64,000 nucleotides of DNA from Hormiphora californensis (lineage: Eukaryota; Animalia; Ctenophora). Where the stretch lies: positions 5,084,001 to 5,148,000 of the forward strand of contig CM035361.1 of the NCBI GenBank assembly GCA_020137815.1. Direction: 5' to 3'. The notes under the pieces are model-generated. The model saw only the letters and a program-made list of their open reading frames with translations. It did no database searches and was not told the DNA's origin. This document shows positions 1 through 13,149 of the stretch, piece after piece. The translations under genes and the position numbers were made by a program. The first letter of the stretch is position 1. Each line of letters begins with the position of its first letter.

Positions 1-56
1 GTTATCAGCCAATCAGGGACCAGTATTTCCTGATTCGGTCGGTTCCTGCTGTTTAC

Positions 57-3000
57 CCAGTATAGTCTTGATGTTACATCGGGCCAGGGTGAGGAAGCAA
101 TTTTTCTTGTTCTTGAGACAGCTCGTCTTACCACTGAACAGTATGTAATTAATTAATTAAGAAACGAAATAATTATGATTAATTAAGAATTAAGAAACTA
201 ATTAATCGATAAATTACAATCTATTTTTAGATCCTAATGAGTAGTGTAAAACTTGTGAATCTGCAACAGCACCTCAATATAGTTAAGGAAGTTGAGGCTT
301 GTTACCTCACTATACATCTCATTTGACTGTCAAGTGTGTAACTGTATCTCACTATACACCCACACACACACAAACACACTATACACCTCCAGTATTTAGC
401 TCTAGCCATGTGTAGCTACCCCCCGGGTAACATGGTGGGGCGAATGAGGGGCAGCATATGTGGTAGATGCAGCATATGCAGCAGATTCAATGACCTCCCC
501 CAATGGGGGAGGTCACTAATTGACACTGTGTGTATCCGGATTAATTGATTTCACTGTGTGTATGAAATCCGGATTAATTGATTCATATGATTCATATGAT
601 TTGCGTGAAATCATATGAATCATATGGATCATATCAAAGTAAAACACGGGGGTTTAATAGATGAGCTAATTTAAAGATATGACAAAATCTTGGAATTAAT
701 CCGAATCAGAAGAATCGTCGCTAATTTCTAAACGTCTTACAGATTTGGGCACATTTTCATCAACACGCTTGAGATAATCGATTTCAAGCTGTGTACTAGA
801 CTCGTATTGCGGGCTTATATAGCCATGGGGAGTAGTCCCAATACGATCTTTTGTAAGAGAGATACCAACAACAAAGTTCTGTTCGAAGTTTTTGCTGGTT
901 ATCAAACACTGCCCCTTTATATCCAAACCTAGTGATTCATACAGTTGTTGGAGGTAGACGTTATTGTTAAGGTATTTTCCGCTTGTAGGAGATGTTTCTA
1001 ACGGGTCAGAAAAGTAAGGTTTTCCGTCAATATGTAACTGGAACTTGTTAAACGGTACAAAAGCAAATGGGTTTGTTGTAATTTTTCCATCAAAGTCATC
1101 CGATTTCTGCACACAGAAAAATGCGAGGTGTGGTAACTTTCCGGTAAATATATGATTCATGCGAAACACTCTGCCAGTTTGAGTGATGGGTCGTACAATA
1201 AGTTCTGGTTTACTGATATGATATGGTGCAGCTTCCTTTGCTAATCTCTCCTCAATTAGCGAAAGGATTTTGGGAATAGGCTTTATAAACTTAACCTTCA
1301 GATACACCTCTGAAAGTTTTACCGTATAACCCGCTTTTGATGCAAGCAGAAGAAAATTGTCTCCGTTCTTAGTCAGGGTTATTTTGACGGGAAGATTCGG
1401 TGGTAGAGCTTTGTAAGATGTTACTAAAGGACAGTGTAATTTGCTGGATACAGAAATTTCATCCGAAGATTGAATTTTTTCAGTTCGTTCGCTAGCGGCT
1501 TTGTTTTTTTATATTTTCACCAATAAACTGTAATGTTTCCGAATCGCCCTTTGTCTGACCCGAGTCCATTTTGAACAGTTGAGTTTCGAACAAGTAGTCA
1601 CTTCGATCCGGATGAGTGTTTAGAACTATGTTAAAGTAAGATTGATACGCATAGCTGTTCCTCATACTCTGCATAATGTCCACTCTGTCAGCCAATGTAA
1701 CTTCAACTAACTCCCACATAGCGTTAGCTACATTGTTAATTATAGATACGTTGTCTTCTTTAGAGATTTCAGATGTCCCGTTCATAACCGCAAATGTTGT
1801 ATGAATATCAATATCCCAGAGCATGCCAGTTTGTTGAGGAGGAATATCAAAGGTAATTGGCCCATTTAGAATACTCGTCAATGGATAAACCTTAATGGTG
1901 TAACAATCTTCAACTGCAACACGTGTACTTGGGCGTTTCCATAGCAAGAGTTCCGTAGAAATTGCTTCATTCAATCCGGCAAAAGTTTTCATAGTTTTCT
2001 TTTACGATAGCGTTTAGCTTTCCGATCAATAGGGTGGATGCGATTAAACAAATCTTCAGCTCCGGCAACAGCAGCACGTTTTAGGCCTGTTTTAATATGA
2101 GGGGTAGCGGCAGATGCGGCGCCTTTTATAGCCGATCCGAGAATAGGAAGAGCACCTCTAAAAAGTGAGGCCAAAAAGCTTCCAATCCCCTCCCCATTTT
2201 GATTATAGATATAATATCCATCGGAATCTAGACCAGATCCACCTAATGACATTTGTATATACTCCCATGGTATAACTCGGAATTCCTTTTGAATATAATG
2301 TGAACAATATCGTTCCTAGTAATGCAATTGAGTTCTGCACTCTCGTGACACTGTATAAATTTAATTAAAACGATCTCAAGTGAAGCAGTTTTACCCGTAT
2401 CCGCAAGGAATAGTCAGAAAATCCTACTTCAATCGGTACATCGGATTATAAACTTAATTTGAGAACCAGAACAAAACTTACGACGAAGAAGTAAAATCGG
2501 GCTTATACTCCCGATTTAGGTTTTTCACCATGTCCCTAACACCCATTTTTGCTGTTCTATAGCTGCCCCTAACCGTTTTACATTTCTTTCCCTATCACTT
2601 GTTGAGGTCTGCTTTCATCAACTTCATGAAAAGCATGTGATGAGAAATTTCACGATTTGGAAGGTTCTTCTTCAGGATGGATGCGCCACTTTATGTCAAT
2701 GGAAGGGGTATAACACGTTAAGCAGGGAAATCGTTTCATAAATATATTTAAAATGTAACTACGATAGATAGCAATCTGTCGATGCCGGAATGATATTTCG
2801 TTTACATTCTTTTTTGTTCCTGAATTTGCTCATACCATTTATTAAAGCTCAGACATATACTCTCTGCTTGGCATCCACAAATCGAATACTACAGCGTAAT
2901 GCTTGTATTCACGGTTTTCCAAGAATCTCACTTGCCACTGATTTGACAGCAAACCATTGATCTGACAGTAGATCGGTTATATAAGCAAGACAAGTGGAGT

Positions 3001-6000
3001 ATATCGCTTATCCCCTAATACAGAGTCTGACCAGAAACATTCAAGAGATGGAGCGAGTCATATTGATCGTTTTGGGTTCAGATAATTTGATGACGAGAGG
3101 CAAGTTCAGTCAAATGTTGTCACAAGGTTTTGACACCAAATCGATCTGGATTATCAAACTAGAAGCTGAATGTAGTCTAAATCATTTACTATTCGTTAAA
3201 GTCTTAGAAAAAGTCGAGGAGATATTAATCGTAAGGAAATACATGGACTATTATTCATTTTAAGTAACGGCAACATTGTCCTTGGTGATTATTGTAAATG
3301 CTCCTGCTCCATCACCTGAAGGATTGCCATATTTCAACGTCATCCAATAAATTTAACTTTTCGTTGCGAACTATTATTACAGTTGTTATGATTACTTTTA
3401 TACTCAGAATTGGCCGTTAGTTTAACTCACAAATCTAGTTTCCATAACCCACTCCAATAATTAATACCATTAATATGTCTATTAAAATACTGACTAAAGT
3501 AATTAAAAAATCTATTAAACCGCTCTGAGAAAACATGACCAGAACCCTATTAAATTAGTACTAACCTGTTTTACCTTGGAAGACACAAGAATTCAATCAT
3601 TCACGCAATCATATGTAATCTATGAGTCATTATCCGATTTCAATACCAAGTGAATCAATTATCCGGATTTCAAGTGACTCCCCATTGGGGAGGTCATTGA
3701 TCTGTTGCATGCGGCCAGGTAGACAATTTTGCCTTTTCCTGAGACCATGTTTACCACGAACAGTGAGTAATATAGAAGTAACTAACATGACTTAACTAAA
3801 TATGAAGGTAAGTTTATCGTGGATTAATAGATATCAGTTCCACTGATCATCAAATGAGATTATATATGTGTAATCATGTCCTCACTTCCTAATATCTTTG
3901 GGTGCTGTTGCGATCAAAGTTTTACACTATCTCAGTCATGCTTAATATATGATTCGTCTATATTTAACCCATTATCCCCTTGCCACTCAGAACCCATCCC
4001 CTCCAATCCATACTCCTCTAACCCTCCCCTTCCCCGCCATCCCTCCATCCGTCCCTCCCTTCCCCTCCCCCATCCCTTCCCCTCCCCCATCCCTCCCATC
4101 CCTCCCCCCTTCCTCCTTCTCTCCCTCCTTCCACCCCTCCCTGCTACTTAGTAACTACTTACTTGGGACATGGTTTACATCCGCACCACTCTCTAAAGAA
4201 CTGCTCAGTTATGTTTGACGTCAGAATATTTTGTGGAACTTCGTAGAGATCTTCGTCCGTCAGGGGTCGCTTGTAACCCCTCCATACCAACCTGTAAAAA
4301 CATTCAATTTGTATTACACCGGATACATACACGCACATTCAAATTATATTACCGCGGTAGATATGATACAGTCATGGCGAAGGATAATCTGAACATATAT
4401 AATTCAAATTATATTACCGGTTCTGGTGCATGGAATAATAGTAAAAAGACTCGAGAGTGGAGTGTAGGTTAGTAATATTCAATGATATCCCACGAATTTA
4501 CAGAACTAATGACAATTTAACATGAATTCAACTCACTTTGATAGCCAGTGGTAAGTAAGACAGTTAGGGAAGGATCCTAGCTCCTCTTGGCAAGGGGTCT
4601 GATGGAATAAAAAAACAATCAAAACATTTTACATGCACTTGTTAGTACGATATACACATACACATTTAGTAGAACTCTATTTATTTAGGTAAACTCGATT
4701 CATTTAGATTTAACTAAATTTTAACTAAATTTAAAAATTCGATTCATTTATTTAACCAAACCTACCCGATCAGCATCACCAGTTCTATCATACTTCATCC
4801 GGTGACCATTATCACCCTTTCCTTTCATTTCAGTGCCATTGACTTCTGCCTTCACGTAGTGTCTGCCCTCTTTCTGAAATTTAGCTGGTGTTATTGGCAG
4901 GAATTGGTGTGCAGTTAAGGCCAGAGGGGGGGGGGTCGACGGGTTTTTTGGGGTGTTTTTTGAGGTATACGTTATATGAAAGCGCTGGGCAAGGCGGATC
5001 GATTAGAACTGATGCCGTCGATGTTGCGCGCACCGTTTGGCAAAAATTTGGGGGTTAACATTTGGCCTATAATGGATGTTAACCCCTATAAATCAGGATT
5101 GGTGGGGTCTAGAACATCCATCATTGTACCAAAGGCTTCGTCTTGTCTTACTCCAACTACTTCTTGATTTTTTGGGGGTTTACAAAATATGCGGAAAAAG
5201 CCCTTTTTGCCTCTAATTTTGCTCTTTTTTGGGACATCCTGCCTAACTTCCTGAGATAACGGCTAGGACTCAGACCTTGCCGTTTGTCATAGTTGTTCTA
5301 GAGACCGTGTTCTTCAAATTTGGTGTAGCGATTTTTGATTAAGGCCCCCGTTCAAAAATTATAGGGGTTTACATAAAATTTTCATGGACAAAACAAATGT
5401 TAACCCCTATAATTTTTGAACGGGGGCCTTAATCAAAAATCGCTACACCAAATTTGAAGAACACGGTCTCTAGAACAACTATGCCAAACGGCAAGGTCTG
5501 AGTCCTAGCCGTTATCTCAGGAAGTTAGGCAGGATGTCCCAAAAAAGAGCAAAATTAGAGGCAAAAAGGGCTTTTTCCGCATATTTTGTAAACCCCCAAA
5601 AAATCAAGAAGTAGTTGGAGTAACGACATAAAACTTTTCAGGAAGTTGTATCAAGACAAGACGAAGCCTTTGGTACAATGATGGATGTTCTAGACCCCAC
5701 CAATCCTGATTTATAGGGGTTAACATCCATTATAGGCCAAATGTTAACCCCCAAATTTTTGCCAAACGGTGTGCACAACATCGATGGCATCAGTTCTAAT
5801 TGATTCGCCTTGCCCAGCGCTTTCATATAACGTATACCTCAAAAAACACCCCAAAAAACCCGTCGACCCCCCCCTCTGGCCTTAAAACATTATATTATAT
5901 CGATGATTTTGGACATGCAAAACTTAATTTCATATTTTCAAAACCAAATCTTTAAGTTAGTACAGTCGGACCCCGATTTAGGGACACCCTCGGGGGAAAG

Positions 6001-9000
6001 GCTCTTGTCCACTAAATCGGGGTGTCCACTAAATCGGGGTCAAATAAGGTTAATTTCCTATATCGGGGGAACAAAATCCTGTCCCTAAATCGGGGTGCCA
6101 CTAAATCGGGGGCCCCTAAATCGGGGTCCGACTGTAGATGCAAAATTGCATTCATGGGTGGAAAACCGCACAAATCGTACATTTAATTTGTTGAACATAA
6201 TATTTCGTTACATTATTATCATGTAAATTACAACCACACCATTTCCTGGGAGGTATGGTGTGAGAATTAAGAAATGGTAAATGTGAATTGTGAAGGATCG
6301 GATCATTAAATGGATCAGCGCGTACTGTATGACATATAACAGTAATTAATTAATTAATTACACCCTGTATATAATTATTATTATTAATTTGACAATGTCT
6401 TGCCTCATCGAACCCTGCATACACCTCTGTACTGGTTTGACCCTGCAGTTAGTTGTCATTGGGATTACAGGACTCCAGGGCGTGTTAGATATTATATGGA
6501 GATTTTAATTAGTTTTTATGGTTAGGAATTTTTCCAAAATTTGGAAAAGTACAGTTTAAAACTTGTCTAAAAACTTGGTTAATGAATTTAAGGCCAGAGG
6601 GGGGTATAAAAAGTCACTTTCGGTATCTGGTCCGGCTCGAAGAGCCGGACCAGATGACATACTCGGAATCGATTTTGCGTGCGCTATTAGGGAGAAAATT
6701 GAGGTTAACTTTTGGTCCAAAATCAATGTTAACCTCTCTAATTCTTAGAGATCAGGTATTGAAACAATAAAAACTGTTCTAAAAGTAAGGTATCACTAAG
6801 TAGAGCATTTGTGAGCAATTTTATGGCGATATTCCTGCTAGTTCTTTAAATTTTGAGGTTAACATATTTCACCAAAAAGTAGCCTTTTGGTGAATAACTT
6901 GGAACATTTTTACGAATCGCCACTACATTCAGCTCATAAACGGCTAAGAGTTGGGCCTTGAAATTTGGCAGGCATGATCCTTAGATAATAAACTGTGCTT
7001 TGAGTGTAACGATTTTTTATTGGAGCCTCCGTTCCCAAGATATTGAGGTTAACGTCTAAAAAATATCAGATGTGAAATATGTTAACCTCAATATCTTGGG
7101 AACGGAAGCCTCAATCAAAAATCGTTACACTCAAAGCACAGTTTATTATCTAAGGATCATGCCTGCCAAATTTCAAGGCCCAACTCTTAGCCGTTTATGA
7201 GCTGAATGTAGTGGCGATTTAAAAAGTAAGGTGTGAAAAAAGACCAAAAAGGTTGTTTTTTGGGCGATAAGTTAACCTCAAATATCCGAACAACTATATG
7301 GCTTAGACCTCTGAAACTTTGAACATTTGGTCTCCTTGATCAGATCTATCGATTGGTACCATTTTTATCTGGGAAGGCGATATAAATACAAGATATTTGA
7401 GGTTAACTTACATTTTCGGTCAAAAGTTAACCTCAAAAAACAGGGCCTCCTGATACACTTGGTGCGCAGCTACCCTATCCAAAAGTTTCCTACCACCGAG
7501 TTACATCATATATGTGAACCTCAGAAAAGTACATTTTTTGACCCTCGGACCCCCCCCCTCTGGCCTTAATTGAATGAGTGTTAGAGTTGCTTCATTTGAA
7601 TGCAGACTACCTAGTGCTACCTAGAGTTTGATTGTTTTGTTCAAACCCGGGGCACGGGGAGGGTCGAAGTTCGAGTCCAATCGATCCATTGACTTTGTTA
7701 TTTACCTGTTATAAATGTTTTCCCGAAAAAAAAACAAGGCAAGAGTTTGAATGAGTTTGAATGAGGGGACTACTACCTGAGAATCAGTTGTGTGAGGTGA
7801 CATGGGTGCAGTACTTGGGTGAACTTGTGTGAGCAACTGAAATGTATATTGATCTCAGTGATTCGTTAAAAAACAAATATGAATCTTCTGATGAGATCCA
7901 TCTGGATCGAAACAATTGTTTGGTTAATCCTACTTGTTTCAATTTGTTTGTTGATACATATATATGTACATAATAAAGTCCTGAAGATGATAGTGAAACT
8001 AATTAAATTTTATTCAATATTTGGGGGTAATTAAATCTCGTACCTTGGTTCGTTTTCTGAACTGATCAGGAACCTCACTAAAACTGTAGATGATAAGGTT
8101 AACAAAACACATCCCAATGTAGATAAAGAACAGGGTCGGAAGCTGGCTGTGAATCGCGTTAACCTCCTGGAGAGATGGGTAGTAAAATTGTGTAATCCAG
8201 TGGGTGGCGGTGACAATTCATGGAGTCACTATTTGTCACCATATAAACATAACACCCCATCTTTCCAATAGTTGATTATATTTGAAAGGGTTACAAAAGA
8301 TAAGCTCCCACAAATGGAAATAACATTTCCATTTCATGCAAGATATATTATTCTCACCTCCCAAGTTCGCATGATGGTTCGGATTTTCAAGCCTCCTAAC
8401 ACGGTAGATAAAGCCCAAAATACCCAAACAGGAAGAATACTGACGTTCCCTTTTGTTCTCTCGAATAGCAGCACAACCATCATAACGAACTGAAAAGTAG
8501 TAGGTAAAATGGTACCATATTTGGGCATATGACGTCATCACATGTCCAAATATGGGCATATGACGTCACATCATGTGTCCTTTCGTACAGAAGCACAACC
8601 ATCATAACAAACTGAAAATGTTAGGTTTCAGGTCTGTTTGAGGGTTGGTAGGTGTATGTTTTTTAGACGTTGACATTGTTGGGTTTTAGGCCGGGAAAGT
8701 AAACCCATGGGGCATGGATCAACTTGTAAAAAAGTTTAGAACATGACATGAGTTCATACCCTTGGGTTACCCGCTGCGAATAATGATCACGGTGGGGAAT
8801 TGAGGTATGTACTTGGGAGTATTGATTGTAAATTGCCATCATACGTACCGTGGTGATAGAGATCACAAGAGCGTTAGTTGTCAGGACTCTGGCATTCAGA
8901 CCCAGTGTAATGATGATTATTTGAGGGATTATCGTAGCTATCCCAGTCAACTGAAACAAGGATTAGATTATTTAAGCACACAAAAAATAAATGCGAAAGA

Positions 9001-9491
9001 GCATTTTAAACAGGTGTAACAAATTACAAACTATAGTATGATCTCTCTATATATAATTTAGATTGTAAGTAACTAACCGCTTTTATAGTCCCGTATCTAT
9101 AAAAGGAGAAGGTGTATTGAGTAGGATCACTCCAGATCACATACACTATCGATAACACCATTGAGAGAAGACACAGTCCCCAACTCATGATAGTGTCCTC
9201 AAAACACAGCGAGAAATCGTCAGCCGTCGCATCGTCCTGATGAGTGTGGGATAAATTAATTGAACAAGTAGGAGCATTATAACCAGAGTTGTTAATTAAT
9301 TAACAATCGGGGCTTGGAGGGAGCAAGTCAAGGATTTACTTGAAGTTGAAACTACATTGAATTGTTCATAATGCTTTATTTTTCCGGAGCACGGAAACAG
9401 TGTTAAGCAACTCAAAAACTACGTAACTCACACTGTATCCCTTGCACAGACCACCCAGATTCCAATCGATCAACTTGTTACTATCAGCCAT
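57..9491 (-). CDS. ABCC/MRP-type ABC transporter, 5' part (TMD0 and L0/lasso region); multi-exon, continues left of the window
   Basis: GT-AG exons read MADSNKLIDWNLGGLCKGYS / DDATADDFSLCFEDTIMSWGL.. / ..LLFERTKGNVSILPVWVFW.. / TPCQEELGSFPNCLTYHWLS / LVWRGYKRPLTDEDLYEV. These parallel the MRP1 motifs DFTxCFQNTV, ERRKG..FW, NPCPExxASF..TFWW and RGYRQPLExxDLW. Confidence 0.85.
696..1992 (-). CDS. Polinton/Maverick (adintovirus-like) major capsid protein, split by a 1-nt frameshift in an A-run near 1505
   Basis: ORFs 1492-1992 and 696-1307 join through an open stretch at 1308-1500 (KLHCPLVTSYKALPPNLPVKITLTKN). Motifs GPITFDIP, NNVANAMWE, YAYQSY and FDGKITTNPFAF resemble Polinton PY capsids. Intronless. 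Confidence 0.75.
1989..2252 (-). CDS. Polinton/adintovirus small virion core protein (QxGxG protease-cleavage-type motif, amphipathic helix, basic tail)
   Basis: QNGEGIGSFLASLFRGALPILG..RKAKRYRKRKL; its stop overlaps the capsid start, as in Polinton capsid modules. Confidence 0.65.
   Translation of the reverse strand: MSLGGSGLDSDGYYIYNQNGEGIGSFLASLFRGALPILGSAIKGAASAATPHIKTGLKRAAVAGAEDLFNRIHPIDRKAKRYRKRKL
4919..5881. mobile_element. Palindromic non-autonomous DNA transposon, Kolobok-like (TTAA TSD)
   Basis: TTAA-GGCCAGAGGGG...CCCCTCTGGCC-TTAA; arms near-perfect reverse complements around a ~25 bp spacer near 5385. Confidence 0.85.
5963..6134. mobile_element. Tc1/mariner-pogo-type MITE (TA TSD, TIR CAGTCGGACCCCGATTTA); other copies at 18709-18866, 21090-21171, 23288-23442, 48418-48516, 49919-50081
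   Basis: TA-CAGTCGGACCCCGATTTA...TAAATCGGGGTCCGACTG-TA with internal TAAATCGGGG repeats; six related copies in the window. Confidence 0.85.
6592..7565. mobile_element. Kolobok-like non-autonomous element with an inner palindrome
   Basis: TTAA-GGCCAGAGGGG...CCCCTCTGGCC-TTAA; inner arms (~6917-7053 / 7081-7218) near-identical, outer arms differ. Confidence 0.8.
7882..7925 (+). ncRNA. Degenerate minimal type I hammerhead ribozyme motif
   Basis: CTGATGA-GATCC(ATCT)GGATC-GAAAC-AATT-GTT. Core and stem II intact, stem I poorly paired. Downstream flank resembles the copy at 29957. Confidence 0.45.
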
Positions 9492-9750
9492 TTTACATAA
9501 TCTTTACAGGAGATATAGGTATTATATATATTACGATATTATACAGTACAGGGTGCTGAAAATACTCAATACCAAGCTCAGATTAACAAGTTAGAGAGAA
9601 TTGAAGCAGGTTCTACACGCTAGAAAGGGAGGGGATGAGCGTTGCATGAGAGGGGGCGAGACAAAATGTACCAAGCAATTTAGATCTAATATCCGCATAC
9701 ACAATTAGAGAGCAAGTCAATGAGCAGTTTACCCCTGGGGGTATGACAAC

Positions 9751-9791
<41 letters not shown>

Positions 9792-9957
9792 ATTCTTAAC
9801 TCTTTCCCTCTCTACCCCCCTCTCTCTCTCTCTCTTTCGCTCTGTCTCTTTCTATCTCTTCCTCCCCTATCCGCCCACAATTTACGGCTATTCCTCAGCT
9901 CAGGGGCAGGTGCAAATATTAGATCATCATTCATCGTATATATTTCATTCAGGTGCA

Positions 9958-11697
9958 GGCTTTAGGACTGTAACTCACCTGGACAGTAACTCGAAAGTGA
10001 GTTATTGTCCGAAAATTGGCGTCGACATTTTTTTTTCTGGTGACTTTCTGTCCGTATTATTTTCGACTTTTTGCTAGGACAAAAAGTCGATAGCTAGGAC
10101 AAAATCTCGAAATTTAAACTCACCTAGGTGAGTTATGCGGACACTAACTCGAATTTGTTTCGAGTTGGGGGACAGAAACTCACTTGCTAAAACTACGAAA
10201 ATGTCGAAAATTCTGGTGATATTTTCATTTTCCATGGCAGGTGAGTTTCTGTCCGGCCAATGAAATATGTTTCCAAACAGAATTTTTGAGTTTTTTTGTT
10301 CTAGCTATCATTATTACAAGTGAAACAAGTTGTGTGGTTGACATAAATACACTGTAAAACCCATATCCCATCCCTTTCTATATCTCCCTTCATCTCTCTC
10401 TTTCCCTCTCTATCTCTAGCTCCCTTCCTCTCTCTTTCTCTCTCTCTCTCTCTCTCTTTCACTCTCTCACTCTCTCTCTCTCTCTCTCGCTCTCTCTCTC
10501 GTCTCTCTCCTCTCTCTCTCCTCTCTCTCTCTCCTCTCTCCTCTCTCTCTTTCCCTCTTCCTCTCTCCGGGCTGCTATTCAGCAACCTATAAAATCCAAA
10601 ATCCTTCAACAGAGAAGATGATAGGAGTCACAACAGCTCATATTAAGGATCGACTGGACTCAGTAAAGAGAAGTCTTGAGTCGTAGCTGCATAGTGGGTA
10701 TGATGTCGATAAGGAGAAAGGATCCACAATCAGTAGGTCTTGCTGTGATAAATTGTCGAGGATACGTGGGTAGCTAGGCTGGTCGGGAACAGATCGGAGA
10801 GGAGAAAAACCACTGCAAGTGATGAACAGCTCTCGTTGTCTCTCCATCTCTCTTCCTCTCTCTTCGTCTCTCCATCTCTCTTCCTCTCTCTCTTTGAATG
10901 GTGTGATAGATTATCGAGTGAAGGATAGGTGAGTCACTGAGTAGGAGAGCAGCTGCAGTCTGCAGCTAGGCTGGTTGGGAACAGATTGGAGAGGAGATGT
11001 AGACCACTGCAGCAGGTGATGAACGATGACTCATTGGATGAGAGATCCGAGATCCATGACGTTCAAGGCGTTCGGGAATTCTACCCGCCTTAAGTCAAAG
11101 TAAGTCAATGACGGGAATTGAGCCCCGGAGCTAGAGAGACAAAGAGAAGCAGAGCTCAACCAATGTATGAGTGAACAACGAGAACTGAACTAGCCCGCCC
11201 TTTCTCCCCTCTCTCTCTGTCAGGATCTTCTCTACAACTTTGCATCCCTCTCTCTGCCAACGACGCCGCCATGTCTTCCCGCCTTTTTCTCTCTGTACAT
11301 GAAGTGAGTTCTAGTCCGGACAGAAAATCGAAATTCGCTAATTAAGCGGACAAAAACTCACATATTTTCCCGCCCTTTCCCTGTCACCCTTGTTCCCCCT
11401 CTCTACCGAAAGTGAGTTGTAGTCCGAATTTGTGAGTTTAGAGGGCGGACAAAAAGTCGAATTTCGACATTTTTAGCGGACAGAAACTCACCTTGACCCC
11501 CACAACTCGAACAGGTGAGTTAGTGTCCGCCCGGACTCTAACTCACCGTAAATAGTGCTAAACAGTGGGGCGGACAGAAAGTCACCTGATCCGGACTGTA
11601 ACTCACCTAAATTCGACATTTTCAAAAGTGAGTTAAAGTCCGAAATTTTCGAGTTCGAGTTCGAGTTATCGTCCGTTCGAGTTTCTGTCCGGTACCC
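9958..11697. mobile_element. Merlin-like non-autonomous DNA transposon with subterminal motif arrays
   Basis: 8-bp TSD CAGGTGCA (9950-9957, 11698-11705), 5'-GG termini, imperfect TIR, many GGAC-N3-AACTC(AC) repeats at both ends. Confidence 0.6.
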
Positions 11698-12017
11698 CAG
11701 GTGCATAATACTCTCCCCTTTCTCCCTCTCTCTCTATCTTTCTCTCTATGATCTATCTACTTATCTTCCTCTCTCTCTCGCAGGTTGAGATCATTATCAG
11801 TGTCTAATACAGCAGCTACAGGTCCATATAACTGTGTGATATGAGTGACGAAATGAGTATTACATATCACTCAGGAACCAAAAATCTTGCAACGTGTCAT
11901 CACCTTTCAGCAGACTAATAACTCCTTCAGGATCTTTACATGTAACGTTACCGGCCCCTACTCAACCACCAACTCAACGTGAAATTTCCCGTGCAAGATT
12001 TCCTGCACAACTTTTAA

Positions 12018-12144
12018 TTTAGAGCGATAAGTTACTGTGACCTACCCCCACTAATTTAGTGTTTAAAACCTATATCGACAGGTTTATTAGAGCGATAAGT
12101 TACTGTGACCTACCCCCACTAATTTAGTGTTTAAAACCTATGTC
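12018..12144. repeat. 68-bp-period tandem duplication
   Basis: TTAGAGCGATAAGTTACTGTGACCTACCCCCACTAATTTAGTGTTTAAAACCTAT occurs twice. Confidence 0.85.
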
Positions 12145-13149
12145 GACAGGTTTTTACACAAGGTAAAATACATTGTTATTCGTAATGACCATTATAAAAT
12201 GGAAGGGACTAAGAATTAGCACGGGTTGCCTTCAGGAAATTGCTGTCTAGTTTATACCCTCCGAATCTGTGTGAAATGGACAATTCAAACTAGACATGGA
12301 AATTAAGACGTGTCTATTAAACCTCCACTAGTAAGTCTATCGGAACTATATAACCTATATAATTTACACAGTCGCCAAGTGAGATAGTGACTATCTCACT
12401 TGGCGATAAGTGTGAGCAACTCACATTTCAATATATAATATGTCACATATTTCAAGGCTCACATACCGACTACTGTCTACTAGGAGTACCGGAAAGTTTG
12501 TTGGTATCACTCCAATTTCCGTGTTGAGTTCAATCCAAAATCAATATTCTCACGGACAAAGGACAGCCTTTATGGGAACTTGAGTTTTACGACCATAACT
12601 ATAATCGGTAAGTTCACCCTGGCCTTGTGGACATGATTAGCAAAGCTGTGGAACAGTATTTCAACAGTAACGCTGCCGCTTATAGTCGCATTACCGTAAT
12701 GGAATTACAGTAATAAGACGCAGACTTTGCATAACGCACGACAAAAATTCATGTGTCAGCACGTACCAGCGCACTGATTGGCCACGGTTGCACGTCGTCT
12801 TACCGTAACTCCGTTTTCCATTACCGTTTTCCCACTACAAGCGACCGGGTTATCAGCCGCCAAGTTCGAGAGTTTAAACAAAGAACTTGTTCTAGAAGAA
12901 CCTCCGGTTCAAGGATCTCAACAATCATTGTGTTTGTCTACAACTTGATCTGTGAGCATTGAGCAACCTATGGAGGCCCGACAAATTTGTCACGAAACGC
13001 ATGCAATGTGCATAATATTTTGCCCAAAGACGGTTTCAACAAATATCCCTTTTTTCGATAAATTTGTTTGCTTTGGACTTTAATTGTTTTGGAACGGCAA
13101 GCAATTGATGCAGCACAAAACGTAAAAATGCGTGTTACGTTGTACATAT

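Larger units (their letters stand above)
243..3929. repeat. Degraded inverted duplication (243-~610 vs ~3600-3929) flanking the capsid module
   Basis: CAATGACCTCCCCCAATGGGGGAGGTCAC (left) vs GTGACTCCCCATTGGGGAGGTCATTG (right). AGTGTAAAACTT..GCAACAGCACC at 243 is the inverse of the ABCC exon at 3880-3929. Confidence 0.6.

Noticed and set aside
240-245. AGTAGT as a Polinton terminus
   Set aside because: It falls in the inverted copy of a host exon edge; no matching ACTACT end or 6-bp TSD.
4976-5826. Paired near-identical ORFs on opposite strands (also 43410/44262 and 46465/46785)
   Set aside because: A by-product of palindromic MITE arms; no transposase motifs.
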